Source of the DNA: Bacteroidota bacterium
GTDB taxonomy: Bacteria; Bacteroidota; Bacteroidia; Bacteroidales; PWNQ01
Reading direction: 5' to 3'
Assembly: GCA_051748205.1 (NCBI GenBank)
Contig: JBNJHE010000001.1
Coordinates: 1 to 60,024, forward strand
DNA length: 60,024 bases
The notes below the pieces were generated by a model. It did not search any database and was not told the origin of the DNA. It saw only the letters and a list, made by a program, of their open reading frames with translations. Below, one piece after another: positions 30,248-40,821 of this stretch; the stretch's first letter is position 1; each line of letters starts with the position of its first letter. The position numbers and the translations under genes are program-made.

Positions 30248-31711
30248 ATGGCCAGTTGGAATAAGATAAATGCTAAAGCAATCTTTAAAGTGCTAGGGGC
30301 TTTAGTGATTATTGAAGGGATTTTTATGCTCACGGCACTGGGCTTTTCGCGGTATTACGGAGGTGAGGATTTTTTTGCGATTCTGGTCTCGGCAGCAATC
30401 ACAATTGCTAGCGGTATTTTGATTAACTTATTGGGCCGCAGTGAGAAACGCACTGCTATTGGCAAAAGAGAAGGCTATGTTATTGTTTCTTTTACCTGGA
30501 TAGTGATTTCATTGTTTGGCAGTTTGCCGTTTATTTTAAGTGGTAGCATCCCAAATTTTTCTGATGCTTTTTTTGAAACAATATCGGGCTTTACAACCAC
30601 TGGTGCATCTATCCTAAGTGATATAGAAGCTATGCCTAAAGGTGTGTTGTTTTGGCGCAGCCTGACTCACTGGATCGGCGGGATGGGAATTATTGTTCTT
30701 TCCCTGGCCATTTTGCCAATACTTGGTATTGGAGGCATGCAATTGTTTGTAGCAGAAGTACCCGGTCCTACGCCGGATAAGCTGCATCCCAGAATCGCCG
30801 GCACGGCCAAACGCCTTTGGGGTATTTATTTATTGCTTACAGTACTGGAAACGGGTTTGCTTATGGGTGGTGGTATGGATTTTTATAATGCCTTATGCCA
30901 TACTTTTGGCACTGTTGCTACAGGAGGCTTCTCTACTCAAAATGCCAGCATTGCTGAATATTCACCATATATTCAATACGTGATTATTGTTTTTATGATT
31001 CTGGCAGGAACGAATTTTACCCTGCATTATCTGGCCCTTAGCGGACGGCTGAAAAAAATATGGCAGAATGAAGAATTTCGCTATTACATCAAACTCCTCT
31101 TCGCCTTTTCAGTGGTGGTGGCTCTCTTGTTGATTTTTAAAGCCAATGTGTTGCCCGAAAAGGCAATCCGGGATGCTTTGTTCCAGGTTGTGTCCATTAC
31201 CACTACCACAGGATATGTGACAACAGATTATCTGGCCTGGCCTGTATTTATCTGGATACTCTTGTTTTTTCTTATGTTTACAGGTGGCTCGGCTGGCTCT
31301 ACCGGTGGCGGGTTAAAGGCTGTCAGGCAACTGATGGTGTTGAAGAGTAGTGCCGTAGAGTTGCGCAGACTCTTGCACCCCAGAGCTTTTATCCCCGTCC
31401 GACTTAATGATAAAGCCGTGCCAAGGGATATTGTCTCTAATATTTTGGCCTTTTTTGTGTTATATTTGCTGATCTTTGGTTTTGGAACCTTGATTATGGT
31501 CGTTATTGGGTTAGACTTTGATTCGGCTATAGGCTCTGTCATTGCTACATTGGGGAATATTGGCCCGGCTATTGGTGATGTTGGGCCGGTGGATAACTAT
31601 GCTGCCATTCCTACAGGAGGCAAATGGTTTTTGTCTTTTATGATGTTGCTCGGTCGCCTGGAATTGTTTACTGTTCTGATTTTGTTGTCACCCAAATTCT
31701 GGTATGAATAA
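30248..31711 (+). CDS. trkH: TrkH family potassium transporter
   Basis: Repeated pore-loop motifs (SGFTTTGAS, GTVATGGFS, ITTTTGY, GGSAGSTGGGLK). Confidence 0.92.
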   Translation: MASWNKINAKAIFKVLGALVIIEGIFMLTALGFSRYYGGEDFFAILVSAAITIASGILINLLGRSEKRTAIGKREGYVIVSFTWIVISLFGSLPFILSGSIPNFSDAFFETISGFTTTGASILSDIEAMPKGVLFWRSLTHWIGGMGIIVLSLAILPILGIGGMQLFVAEVPGPTPDKLHPRIAGTAKRLWGIYLLLTVLETGLLMGGGMDFYNALCHTFGTVATGGFSTQNASIAEYSPYIQYVIIVFMILAGTNFTLHYLALSGRLKKIWQNEEFRYYIKLLFAFSVVVALLLIFKANVLPEKAIRDALFQVVSITTTTGYVTTDYLAWPVFIWILLFFLMFTGGSAGSTGGGLKAVRQLMVLKSSAVELRRLLHPRAFIPVRLNDKAVPRDIVSNILAFFVLYLLIFGFGTLIMVVIGLDFDSAIGSVIATLGNIGPAIGDVGPVDNYAAIPTGGKWFLSFMMLLGRLELFTVLILLSPKFWYE

Positions 31712-32502
31712 TGAAGCTATCTGCTGTCATCATCACTTTTAATGAAGAACGAAATATTGCTCGTTGTCTCGATTCCCTGCAGGATGTCGCTGATGAAATC
31801 CTTGTTGTCGACTCATACTCAACGGATCAAACAAAGTCAATATGCCTGCAGTATAAGGTTAGATTCCTGGAAAATAATTTTGAAGGGCATATTCAACAGA
31901 AAAATTATGCAATGAATCAGGCTGGCAGCGATATGATTTTATCGCTGGATGCGGACGAAGCATTATCGGATGAACTAAAGAAATCGATACAGGAAATAAA
32001 GAATGACAAAAAGGCTGAACAAATAGCCTTTGCTATGAACCGGCGCACGAACTATTGTGGACAATGGATTTATCATAGTGGATGGTATCCGGATAGAAAA
32101 ATCAGATTGTGGAATCGGTTATCCGGAGAATGGGGTGGTGTTAATCCTCATGATAAAGTGGTGTTGGATAGCAATGTAAAGATTGTCAGGCTTAAAGGTG
32201 ATTTGCTCCATTATTCGTTTTATTCTATTGATGAGCATATTGCGCAGATAAATAAATTTACTACAATTTCAGCCCTTGAAATGGTTGAAAGGCCAAAAAG
32301 TCTGGTTTTGTTAAAAATGATTTTTAGCCCCGGTGTTCGCTTCTTTAGAGATTATTTTCTAAAAAGTGGTTTTCGGGATGGATTAAGGGGGTATATTATT
32401 TGTCGAAATGCAGCATATTCACGATTTTTGCGGTATGCTAAATTATATCAATTAATTTTGGAGCAGCAAAAAGGACAAAAAGAAAAACAGGAAACACAGT
32501 GA
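31711..32502 (+). CDS. Family 2 glycosyltransferase (LPS core type)
   Basis: SAVIITFNEERNI..VVDSYSTDQT..LDADE (DxD) motifs. Confidence 0.85.
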   Translation: MKLSAVIITFNEERNIARCLDSLQDVADEILVVDSYSTDQTKSICLQYKVRFLENNFEGHIQQKNYAMNQAGSDMILSLDADEALSDELKKSIQEIKNDKKAEQIAFAMNRRTNYCGQWIYHSGWYPDRKIRLWNRLSGEWGGVNPHDKVVLDSNVKIVRLKGDLLHYSFYSIDEHIAQINKFTTISALEMVERPKSLVLLKMIFSPGVRFFRDYFLKSGFRDGLRGYIICRNAAYSRFLRYAKLYQLILEQQKGQKEKQETQ

Positions 32503-34067
32503 AAACAGTATTCAGTAGGGCAGTAGCCGGAGAGCGGATATACCTTTTTGGATTAATATTCCTGGCAGCTTCATTGCCTTTATCCAAATTTACCTGCAGT
32601 GTATCCCAGTTTGTTATCGTAGCCGGCTGGTTGTTAAGTAGCAAATTGGGGCTGCGCATGCGGCATTTTTTCAAACAGCCTTGTGCCTGGATGACCTCGG
32701 CCATATATCTTCTCTTTGTGGTGGGGATGGTGTATTCCGTAGATTTTGGGCATGGATTGAAAGAATTACGTATTAAACTGCCGATTTTGTTGCTCCCTTT
32801 TCTGATTTCCACCGCTCCTGCTATTAGCCGAAGGCAATGGATTTATGTGATTGCCATTTTTATTCTCGCCGTGTTGGTGTCTTCGGGAATCTCTACCTAT
32901 ATTTTAGCCACTACCGAAGTGATGGATACTCGCAATATTTCTCCGTTTATCTCTCATATTCGTTTTGGCCTGATGATCAGTCTGGCGTTTTTTGCATCTG
33001 TATATTTTGCCTGGCATACCCTGTATTGGTATGTCCGTTTATTGATGATACTTGTCGCCTCCTGGCTATTGGTGTTTTTGATTTTGTTAGAGTCTGTAAC
33101 TGGTTTGGGAATCACGCTGGTGTTAGGTGTGATGATGTTATTATACGTCATCTTCAAAAAAGGGAAATTTTGGATTCGATTAAGTAGTCTTGCCAGCCTG
33201 GTAGTCCTGGCTGGCTTAGCCGTTTTTTCTGCCGACCGTATTATCGACGAGGAACTTAAAGACCCGGAAATCGACTATGCACAACTGGAGAAAACCACGA
33301 GCAAAGGAAATATGTATTACCATGATACAACGAATACATGGCATGAAAACGGACATTATATCTATCTGTATATCTGCGAACCTGAACTTAAAAATGCCTG
33401 GGAAAAACGTAGTGATTATGCCTATTCGGGTCAGGATAATAAAGGACAGATTCTGAAATATACACTTATTCGTTTTTTGAACTCTAAAGGATTGCGTAAA
33501 GATGCCGATGGTGTGAATCAATTGACAGAGGAAGAAGTTAAAGCGGTTGAAAACGGCATCGCCAATATTAACTATATCAACCGGTCTTCCTTGCGGGCAA
33601 GACTTTCGCAGATAATTTATGAGTATAAGAACTATCAACATCACGGTGATCCAAGTGGACACTCCGTGATGCAGCGTCTGGAATACTGGAAGGCTGCTGT
33701 GGGGATTATCAAAGCTAATCCTTTGAAAGGTGTGGGTACCGGGGATATTAATCAGGCTTTCGATCAGCAATATAAGATTATGGATTCGCCCCTTGATAAA
33801 GAATTTCAACTGCGGGCACACAACCAGTATTTGCGAATAGCTGCTACACTCGGGATTCCTGGGTTAGTCCTTTTTCTTTTGTTTGTTTTCTATCCGGTAA
33901 TTGCTGCCAAAGCCTGGGAAGAAGCGCTTTTTATTCCCTTTTTGATTATTGTTTTGATGTCGATGATTACTGAAGATACGCTGGAAACACAAGCCGGAGC
34001 TACATTCTTTGCTTTCTTCTATGCCTTTTTGTTGTGGGGCAGAAGGAGTATTTTCAACCGCGATTGA
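32499..34067 (+). CDS. O-antigen ligase (Wzy_C) family membrane protein
   Basis: About ten TM helices. A large periplasmic loop is followed by ..GVGTGD..HNQYL.. and terminal TM helices. The GTG start overlaps the GT2 stop. Confidence 0.7.
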   Translation: MKTVFSRAVAGERIYLFGLIFLAASLPLSKFTCSVSQFVIVAGWLLSSKLGLRMRHFFKQPCAWMTSAIYLLFVVGMVYSVDFGHGLKELRIKLPILLLPFLISTAPAISRRQWIYVIAIFILAVLVSSGISTYILATTEVMDTRNISPFISHIRFGLMISLAFFASVYFAWHTLYWYVRLLMILVASWLLVFLILLESVTGLGITLVLGVMMLLYVIFKKGKFWIRLSSLASLVVLAGLAVFSADRIIDEELKDPEIDYAQLEKTTSKGNMYYHDTTNTWHENGHYIYLYICEPELKNAWEKRSDYAYSGQDNKGQILKYTLIRFLNSKGLRKDADGVNQLTEEEVKAVENGIANINYINRSSLRARLSQIIYEYKNYQHHGDPSGHSVMQRLEYWKAAVGIIKANPLKGVGTGDINQAFDQQYKIMDSPLDKEFQLRAHNQYLRIAATLGIPGLVLFLLFVFYPVIAAKAWEEALFIPFLIIVLMSMITEDTLETQAGATFFAFFYAFLLWGRRSIFNRD

Positions 34068-35133
34068 TTAGCTTTTCTAATTGTTTATAAGAAGAATCTG
34101 GTGCAAAGCGGGTTAGGATATCCTCGCGGGCTTGTTTTCCCATTGTCTGGCGTGCTTCAGCCTCATGATATAAATACAGTATCCGTTCTTTCATCTTTTC
34201 AAGGTCTCCAAAAGGAATTAAGAAACCTGTTTCTCCGTCCGTGATAATTTCCGGGTTGGAACTGACATCAAAAGCGATTACCGGAATTTCGTGCAACATG
34301 GCTTCTGCTAATACGTAGCCAAACCCCTCCCAGCGAGAGGGCAGAACAAATACATGTAATCCGGAATAAAAAGTGCTTATATCCTTAATAAAGCCAGACA
34401 TTTTGATGTGGTCTTCCAGCTTGGCCTTTTTGATTTTTGCTTTAAGAGTGTTTCTTTGGGGACCATCTCCGGCAAGATGAATTTCAAAATCCGTTATCGC
34501 ATCAGATAAGGAACGGGCCAGAGGGATTAGTAAGTCCTGCCCTTTCTGAGTGACAAAACGACCTGCATTCCCTATAATAAACCGCGGACTGTCAGCTTTT
34601 GGTTTTGGCGACTTTTTAACGTCAGGGACGCCATTGTAAACGACATGTATCTTATCCTTGTCGATTAAATCTCCTTTTTTGTTGATTAAATGTTTTGTCT
34701 GTTCAGAGTTTGCAATTACAGCATCAATTACCTTGCTGAAAAAATAGCGGTTTATTGGATGTGGATTCACTGCCAGCGCTGTTCCGCGGCGATAAAAAAT
34801 CCGGGATAATTTTGCCTGCCGTGCTGCCAGTCCTCCTGCTTTCATATCTGATGGCAGGTTTAAAATGATGGTGTCAGCCTGAAGGTGAATTAACATACGC
34901 TTGAGTCGCCTGATTTCAAAAGGATTTAAAAATGAAAGCTTGCTGATTTTTACCGGACTAACCGGTATTCCCTGTTGCTGACATTGCTTAAAGAGAACGC
35001 CTTCGGGATGAGCCGCTACATGAATAGTGTATCCTCTATTCATTAACCATAGTGCTGTTTCCAGATGCCACTTTTCACCACCGCCCCAGGCTTTGTTGCT
35101 GTTGAAAAAAACTATGGTGTGTAATGAATTCAT
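34054..35133 (-). CDS. Family 4 (GT-B) glycosyltransferase
   Basis: WGGGEKW N-terminus and a C-terminal EGFGYVLAEAM..E..TG motif. Confidence 0.85.
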   Translation of the reverse strand: MNSLHTIVFFNSNKAWGGGEKWHLETALWLMNRGYTIHVAAHPEGVLFKQCQQQGIPVSPVKISKLSFLNPFEIRRLKRMLIHLQADTIILNLPSDMKAGGLAARQAKLSRIFYRRGTALAVNPHPINRYFFSKVIDAVIANSEQTKHLINKKGDLIDKDKIHVVYNGVPDVKKSPKPKADSPRFIIGNAGRFVTQKGQDLLIPLARSLSDAITDFEIHLAGDGPQRNTLKAKIKKAKLEDHIKMSGFIKDISTFYSGLHVFVLPSRWEGFGYVLAEAMLHEIPVIAFDVSSNPEIITDGETGFLIPFGDLEKMKERILYLYHEAEARQTMGKQAREDILTRFAPDSSYKQLEKLINRG

Positions 35134-35167
35134 TTTTCGTTGTTACATATACAAAAGAAGACTTGAG

Positions 35168-37117
35168 CTATTCTAAAACAATTCTTCCAAGTTCTTCTGC
35201 AATAAGTTGAATCTTTTTGTCAATATTGGTAATTTGCTTTAGGGTGATCATAAAATCATCTTCCGATATTTTTTTTGCGCCCTGTGAATCTTTGAGTTCT
35301 TTTTGTAGTTGGTGTTTCTTTTGTTGAAGCTTGTCGAGCTTAAATGCCAGGATTGAATGAATAATTGTCTTTTCGAGGATATCCGATTCTTTTAAAATAA
35401 ATATTTTATGTTTCTTTTTCCAGTTATGGCTTAGTTCTGCATGGCTGGCCAGCAAGTCAATGGCTGCATCAGCAATATGCTTGTCTTCATGTTGAGTGAT
35501 CACATGGCTTTCTTTAATAACGCCTTCATCGACAAAGCCTTTATAAACATCAAATATTTTTTGATAAACCGGGACAGTAAATGATATTTCATCGTCTGTG
35601 AGATCAGATACAATGGCTTGAGCCACATTCACAGCCTGGCTATTATTCTGATTGGAGGGAACAAAGTTTTGATGACCATAGTTTAGCAGGATGCGGATAA
35701 TGTTTTTTTCCTGAGTAATGATGCTTACCTGTTCCGGAGATTTCTGTTCCGTAGTTTTTGTCGTTGCTGACTCTACTGCTGGCTTCGACTCTTCCTGTTT
35801 GATTTTTTTTCGATACTGTTGTCGTAGTAGTGTATTCAGCTCATTCATCAGTGTTTGCTCCTGCATATCCAGCAGGTTAGCACATTCTGAAATATAAATA
35901 GTGCGTTTTATTTGATCCGGAATCTTGCTGATAGTTGCCACGATATCCTTAATCATATTGGCTCGGCGGACAGGATCGTTTTGGACTTCTTTTAGAAGAA
36001 GATTGGTTTTGAATACGATAAAATCGTCTGCATGTTGCTGAATAAAATCTTGTGTTTCCTGAGAGCGGTGATTGCTTGCATAGGAATCAGGGTCTTCTCC
36101 TTCGGGAAACAACACAATTTTAACATTCATCCCCTGTTCCAGGATCATATCAATTCCTCTGAATGAGGCTTTAATCCCGGCTTCATCTCCATCGTATAAA
36201 ATGGTTATGTTTTCGCTGTAACGTTTGATAAGCCGGATTTGGTCGGTTGTTAGCGAAGTGCCGGAGGAAGCAACAACATTTTTAAGACCAGCTTGATAGA
36301 GTGAGATAACATCAGTATATCCTTCTACCAGAAAGCAGTTGTTTTGCCTGGAAATTTCTGTACGGGCAAAATGAATGCCGTAAAGAATTTTGCTTTTATT
36401 GTAAATGACCGTTTCGGGTGAATTAACATACTTGGGTTTTTTTTTGTCGCTGCTTAAAATGCGACCACCAAAACCGATAATTCGTCCGGAAATATTGTGG
36501 ATGGGGAAAATTACACGATTGCGAAAACGATCGTAATTGTAATTGTTTTTTGAAACTGTTAATCCGGCTTGTGTCAGATAGGTTAATTTATAGCCTTGAT
36601 TCAGTGCTGTTGCTGTCAGGTTATCCCATTGTTCAGGACTGTAGCCTAGCTCAAATTTTTCAATTACCTCATCAGTAAAGCCGCGATTGCGGAAATAGGA
36701 TAAAGCAATGGACTTGCCTTCGTTGCTATTCCACAGTTTATCTTTAAAAAATTTGCCTGCAAATTGATTGACGACATAAAGGCTTTCGCGTTCTTTATCT
36801 TCTTCTTTTTGTTCTTGTGTTAGTTCTGTTTCTTCAATCGGGATATTATATCTGGAGGCCAGGTAGCGAAGGGCTTCCGGGTAAGTGTACTTTTCATGCT
36901 CCATCAAAAAACGAACGGCATCGCCGGAGGCACCACAGCCAAAGCATTTGTAGATTCCTTTGGATGGACTGACCGTAAATGAAGGCGTTTTTTCATTATG
37001 AAAGGGACATAAGCCAATCATATTGACACCTCGCCTTTTTAGGGTAACAAATTCGCCAATTACTTCCTCAACGCGGGCTGCATTTTTAATCTCTTCTATG
37101 GTTTCTTTTTTTATCAC
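35168..37117 (-). CDS. dnaG: DNA primase
   Basis: Zinc ribbon CPFHNEKTPSFTVSPSKGIYKCFGCGASGD and a Toprim motif (LVEGYTDV..YDGDEAG). Confidence 0.95.
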   Translation of the reverse strand: MIKKETIEEIKNAARVEEVIGEFVTLKRRGVNMIGLCPFHNEKTPSFTVSPSKGIYKCFGCGASGDAVRFLMEHEKYTYPEALRYLASRYNIPIEETELTQEQKEEDKERESLYVVNQFAGKFFKDKLWNSNEGKSIALSYFRNRGFTDEVIEKFELGYSPEQWDNLTATALNQGYKLTYLTQAGLTVSKNNYNYDRFRNRVIFPIHNISGRIIGFGGRILSSDKKKPKYVNSPETVIYNKSKILYGIHFARTEISRQNNCFLVEGYTDVISLYQAGLKNVVASSGTSLTTDQIRLIKRYSENITILYDGDEAGIKASFRGIDMILEQGMNVKIVLFPEGEDPDSYASNHRSQETQDFIQQHADDFIVFKTNLLLKEVQNDPVRRANMIKDIVATISKIPDQIKRTIYISECANLLDMQEQTLMNELNTLLRQQYRKKIKQEESKPAVESATTKTTEQKSPEQVSIITQEKNIIRILLNYGHQNFVPSNQNNSQAVNVAQAIVSDLTDDEISFTVPVYQKIFDVYKGFVDEGVIKESHVITQHEDKHIADAAIDLLASHAELSHNWKKKHKIFILKESDILEKTIIHSILAFKLDKLQQKKHQLQKELKDSQGAKKISEDDFMITLKQITNIDKKIQLIAEELGRIVLE

Positions 37118-37128
37118 CGCCGAAAAAA

Positions 37129-38901
37129 TTAGTCATTAGGGAATTTGATGTCTTTGATATTCAACTGTAGGGTTGTGGTTCCATTCCAGTGGTTTTCTTC
37201 CAGGTGATAACAGATATCAAAAGGGATCATTTTTTGAAGTTTATTCTGCTGATGCCCTTGTTGAAAAGCTATGGCAGGGAAGTGAATGTGGTACTTATCC
37301 GGTTGGGCAACCTTAAATTTCAGGTGGTTTTTCCCTACTATTCTGGATTGGCCACTTTCGACTACATGTCTGGAAATAAATACCGGAGCAGCATTGCCCG
37401 GCCCAAAAGGAGCAAATTGTTTTAATATTCTGACAAATTTATCCGTAATCTCTGTTAATGGTAGCTCTGAATCTATTTCAATTTCAGGGGTGAGCTCATA
37501 ATCTTTAATATGTGTGGAGGCATATTGCTCAAAACATTGTACAAAACTGTCGAGGTTTTCGGGCTTTAAGGATAATCCGGCAGCATATTTATGGCCACCA
37601 AAGTTTTCAAGTAAATTGCTGCAATTGGATATGGCCTGGTAAATATCGAAATTTTTAATCGAACGGGCTGATCCTGTTATTAGTCCATTATTCGATAACG
37701 TGAGTACAATGGTTGGTTTGTAAAATTTCTCAATGAGCCTGCTGGCAACAATGCCTATAATGCCTTTGTGCCAGTTTTTATTGTAGATGACAATCGACTT
37801 CCGGGTTTTAAATTCTTCTCCTTCCGTGATGATCTGATTGGCGTGCTGGGTGATGATGGTGTCCAGCTCTTTACGATCTGTGTTGTTTTTATTGATTTCC
37901 CTGCCAATGCGTTGTGCAAACATTTTGTCGTTACAAATCAATAATTCTACCGACTGTTTAGCATCTTTCATTCGTCCAGCAGCATTGATCCGGGGGCCGA
38001 TAATAAAAACCAGGTCGCTGATGGTTAGCTTTTTATTAAAGACCTGTTCGCTGCTTTGGTATTGTATCGGCAGACGCTTGACATTGCTATATTCAAGGAT
38101 CGCTTCCAGGCCCGGGCGGGGATTTTGATTGATACGTTTTAACCCATAATAAGCCAGGGTGCGGTTTTCTTCTGTAATAGGAACAATATCTGAGGCAATA
38201 CTAACAGCGACAAGATCCAGGTATTCGTAAAGTTGTGCGAGTGGTTTGTTGGGGTCTTGTTTGTCATGAACTTGTGAAAAAGCCTGGATTAACTTAAATC
38301 CTACACCACAACCGCTTAACTCTTTATAGGGATACTCATCACCCGGCCGTTTAGGGTCCAGGATTGCATAAGCCTCCGGCAGTTCATCCCCGGGCAGGTG
38401 ATGATCACAGATGATAAAGTCGATCTGCTTCTGGCTGGCATAGCTAATTTTTTCCACCGCTTTAATGCCGCAATCCAACGCAATAACAAGGGTAAACTCA
38501 TTGGAGTAGGCATAATCGATTCCTTTGTACGATATCCCGTAACCCTCTTCATAGCGGTCAGGAATGTAAAAGCTGATGTTTTGATGATGCTTACGTAAAA
38601 AGGAAATCATTAATGCCACGGATGTGGTCCCATCGACATCGTAATCTCCGTAAACCAGAATTTTTTCGTTATTGTCTATTGCTGTATCAATGCGTTCAAT
38701 AGCTTTATCCATGTCTTTCATCAGAAATGGATCGTGAAGGTCCTTGATATTTGGACGAAAAAAACGGTGGGCTTTATCGTAATTATCCATGCCCCTTTGA
38801 ACTAAAAGATTGGCAATTTGATAATCAACACCTAATTCTTTGATCAAGCGGTCAATTGCTTCTTTATTCCCTTGTTCTTTTTGTACCCATCGTTTATTCA
38901 T
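37129..38901 (-). CDS. recJ: Single-stranded-DNA-specific exonuclease RecJ
   Basis: DHH motifs (YGDYDVDGTTS, DHH at ICDHHLP) and DHHA1 (GGHKYAAG). Confidence 0.95.
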   Translation of the reverse strand: MNKRWVQKEQGNKEAIDRLIKELGVDYQIANLLVQRGMDNYDKAHRFFRPNIKDLHDPFLMKDMDKAIERIDTAIDNNEKILVYGDYDVDGTTSVALMISFLRKHHQNISFYIPDRYEEGYGISYKGIDYAYSNEFTLVIALDCGIKAVEKISYASQKQIDFIICDHHLPGDELPEAYAILDPKRPGDEYPYKELSGCGVGFKLIQAFSQVHDKQDPNKPLAQLYEYLDLVAVSIASDIVPITEENRTLAYYGLKRINQNPRPGLEAILEYSNVKRLPIQYQSSEQVFNKKLTISDLVFIIGPRINAAGRMKDAKQSVELLICNDKMFAQRIGREINKNNTDRKELDTIITQHANQIITEGEEFKTRKSIVIYNKNWHKGIIGIVASRLIEKFYKPTIVLTLSNNGLITGSARSIKNFDIYQAISNCSNLLENFGGHKYAAGLSLKPENLDSFVQCFEQYASTHIKDYELTPEIEIDSELPLTEITDKFVRILKQFAPFGPGNAAPVFISRHVVESGQSRIVGKNHLKFKVAQPDKYHIHFPAIAFQQGHQQNKLQKMIPFDICYHLEENHWNGTTTLQLNIKDIKFPND

Positions 38902-39003
38902 ATAAATTGATCAAAAATTTAGGTAAAGTTAATAAAAAATGACGGTCCCGGAATGCGCTTTTTTAATCTGGTTAATTAGCAGGATTTCAAAGATAAAGAG
39001 CAT

Positions 39004-40536
39004 CTAGTCTTCAACCAGTATTTGTCCGGTCATCTCTTTTGGGGGTTCAATCCCCATTACTTTTAGTATCGTAGGACTAATGTCGGCCAGTTTTCCTCCT
39101 GACTTTAATGTTTTATATTTGGTGTTTAGCAAAAACAGAGGCACAGGATTGGTGCTATGTGCCGTATTTGGGCTTCCATCTTTATTTTCTGCATGGTCAG
39201 CATTGCCATGATCGGCTGTAATAAAAACCGCGTAATCGTTTTTTATTGCTGTTTCCGCTACGTCTTTTACACATTGGTCGACAGTTTCTACTGCTTTGAC
39301 GATTGCTTCATAGACACCGGTATGACCAACCATATCAGGATTAGCAAAATTCAGGCATACAAAATCCGAAGACTTTTTATTTAAGGCTTCTACAATTTTA
39401 TCCCGGACTTCATAAGCGCTCATGGATGGTTGTAGGTCATAGGTTGGTACTTTGGGTGAAGGAACCAATATGCGGTCTTCGTTTTTGAATTTTCCTTCGC
39501 GTCCTCCGGAAAAGAAAAAAGTGACATGGGCATACTTTTCAGTTTCTGCAATCCTGAGTTGCTTAAGCCCGTGTTGAGCGATTACTTCTCCCATTGTATT
39601 TTTCAGGTCCGGTTTACTAAATACAACATGGACATTATTAAATTCTTCATCATAGCGTGTCATGGTTACATAATGAAGATTGAGCTTATGCATTTCATGA
39701 TCAGGCATATCTTGCTGAGAAAGTACTGTTGTGATTTCCCGCAAGCGATCGGTTCTGAAATTGAAACAAATGACGACATCTCCGTCCTGAATCTGACCAT
39801 CGGCCTGGTTTTGGTTATTACGAATCACTATTGGCTTGATGAACTCATCGGTGATTCCCTTTTCATAGGAAGCCAGTATCCCTTCTACAGGATCAGAAAA
39901 AGCTTCTCCTTTTCCTTTCACCATCAGGTCATAGCCTTTTTTAATCCGCTCCCATCGTTTATCCCTGTCCATCGTATAGTACCGTCCGCAAATGGTAGCA
40001 ATCCGGGTCTTTTGCTTCTGCAGATGGTTTTGTAGTTGTTTTACATATCCTGCTCCGCTTTTGGGATCTGTATCACGCCCGTCTGTGAGTACATGGATGA
40101 ATGATCGTTCTATAGCTGTTTCTTCCACCATATCTGTTAGTTTCATCAGATGTTTGGTGGATGAATGAACGCCTCCGTCAGAGACCAACCCTATAAAATG
40201 AACAGCCTTTTGATTTTTTTCGGCATAGTGAAATGCCTGAGACAGTGTTTCATTCTGCTTTATCTCGCCGGTTTCAATAGCTTTATTTATTCTGACAATA
40301 TCTTGATTGACAATTCTTCCGGCACCAATATTCAAATGGCCTACTTCAGAGTTGCCCATTTGTCCTTCTGGCAAACCAACCTTTTCGCCCGAAGTCGTCA
40401 GGGTAGTATATGCTATTTGGGAATGATGGTATAAACTATCAATGAATGGTGTATCTGCATTAAAAATCACATTGGACTTTTCTTTGGGCCCTTCAGCCCA
40501 GCCATCCATAATTATTAATATTGCTTTTTTATTCAT
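39004..40536 (-). CDS. gpmI: 2,3-bisphosphoglycerate-independent phosphoglycerate mutase
   Basis: ILIIMDGW, MGNSEVGHLNIGAGR and ITADHGNA motifs. The ATG at 40536 is preferred over the TTG at 40542. Confidence 0.95.
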   Translation of the reverse strand: MNKKAILIIMDGWAEGPKEKSNVIFNADTPFIDSLYHHSQIAYTTLTTSGEKVGLPEGQMGNSEVGHLNIGAGRIVNQDIVRINKAIETGEIKQNETLSQAFHYAEKNQKAVHFIGLVSDGGVHSSTKHLMKLTDMVEETAIERSFIHVLTDGRDTDPKSGAGYVKQLQNHLQKQKTRIATICGRYYTMDRDKRWERIKKGYDLMVKGKGEAFSDPVEGILASYEKGITDEFIKPIVIRNNQNQADGQIQDGDVVICFNFRTDRLREITTVLSQQDMPDHEMHKLNLHYVTMTRYDEEFNNVHVVFSKPDLKNTMGEVIAQHGLKQLRIAETEKYAHVTFFFSGGREGKFKNEDRILVPSPKVPTYDLQPSMSAYEVRDKIVEALNKKSSDFVCLNFANPDMVGHTGVYEAIVKAVETVDQCVKDVAETAIKNDYAVFITADHGNADHAENKDGSPNTAHSTNPVPLFLLNTKYKTLKSGGKLADISPTILKVMGIEPPKEMTGQILVED

Positions 40537-40579
40537 AATCAAAGCCTGGTGTTTTTTTTATTCATATTGATTGCATCGA

Positions 40580-40587
40580 CAAAGATA
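40580..40587 (-). promoter_or_regulatory. Bacteroidota-type -7 box (minus strand)
   Basis: The plus strand reads caaagata (TATCTTTG on the minus strand), about 44 nt upstream of the gpmI ATG. Confidence 0.4.
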
Positions 40588-40821
40588 AGGCAAAGAGTAC
40601 AACTTTGTGTCTTCGGTTTGGAATTCTTCGAAGTGCGAAATTGTTTTTCTGGATGTGTTGGTTCATCTTATCTGTTGTAAATCAAAAACTGAATGGGCTT
40701 AATTGCCGGAGCCTTGTGTTTATTTTCGGCAGGGTTTGCAGGGAATCTCAGTTCACTCTGTCGAAAAATAGATTAATAGAAGAATATGCTGGTCGTTGCA
40801 GGATAAAAATGAAACAGGACC

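Noticed and set aside
34054-34067. A 14-nt overlap of the convergent 3' ends of the O-antigen-ligase-like gene and the GT4 gene.
   Set aside because: Short convergent 3' overlaps are common in compact genomes. I saw no hairpin or other signal there that would suggest regulation.
36437-36445. Homopolymer T9 tracts inside coding regions (dnaG 36437-36445, M23 peptidase about 13598-13606, and T8 in comF about 4150). These were candidate phase-variation switches.
   Set aside because: They encode Lys runs (KKK) in frame within housekeeping genes such as the essential primase. I see nothing to suggest ON/OFF switching. They are more likely compositional in an AT-rich genome.
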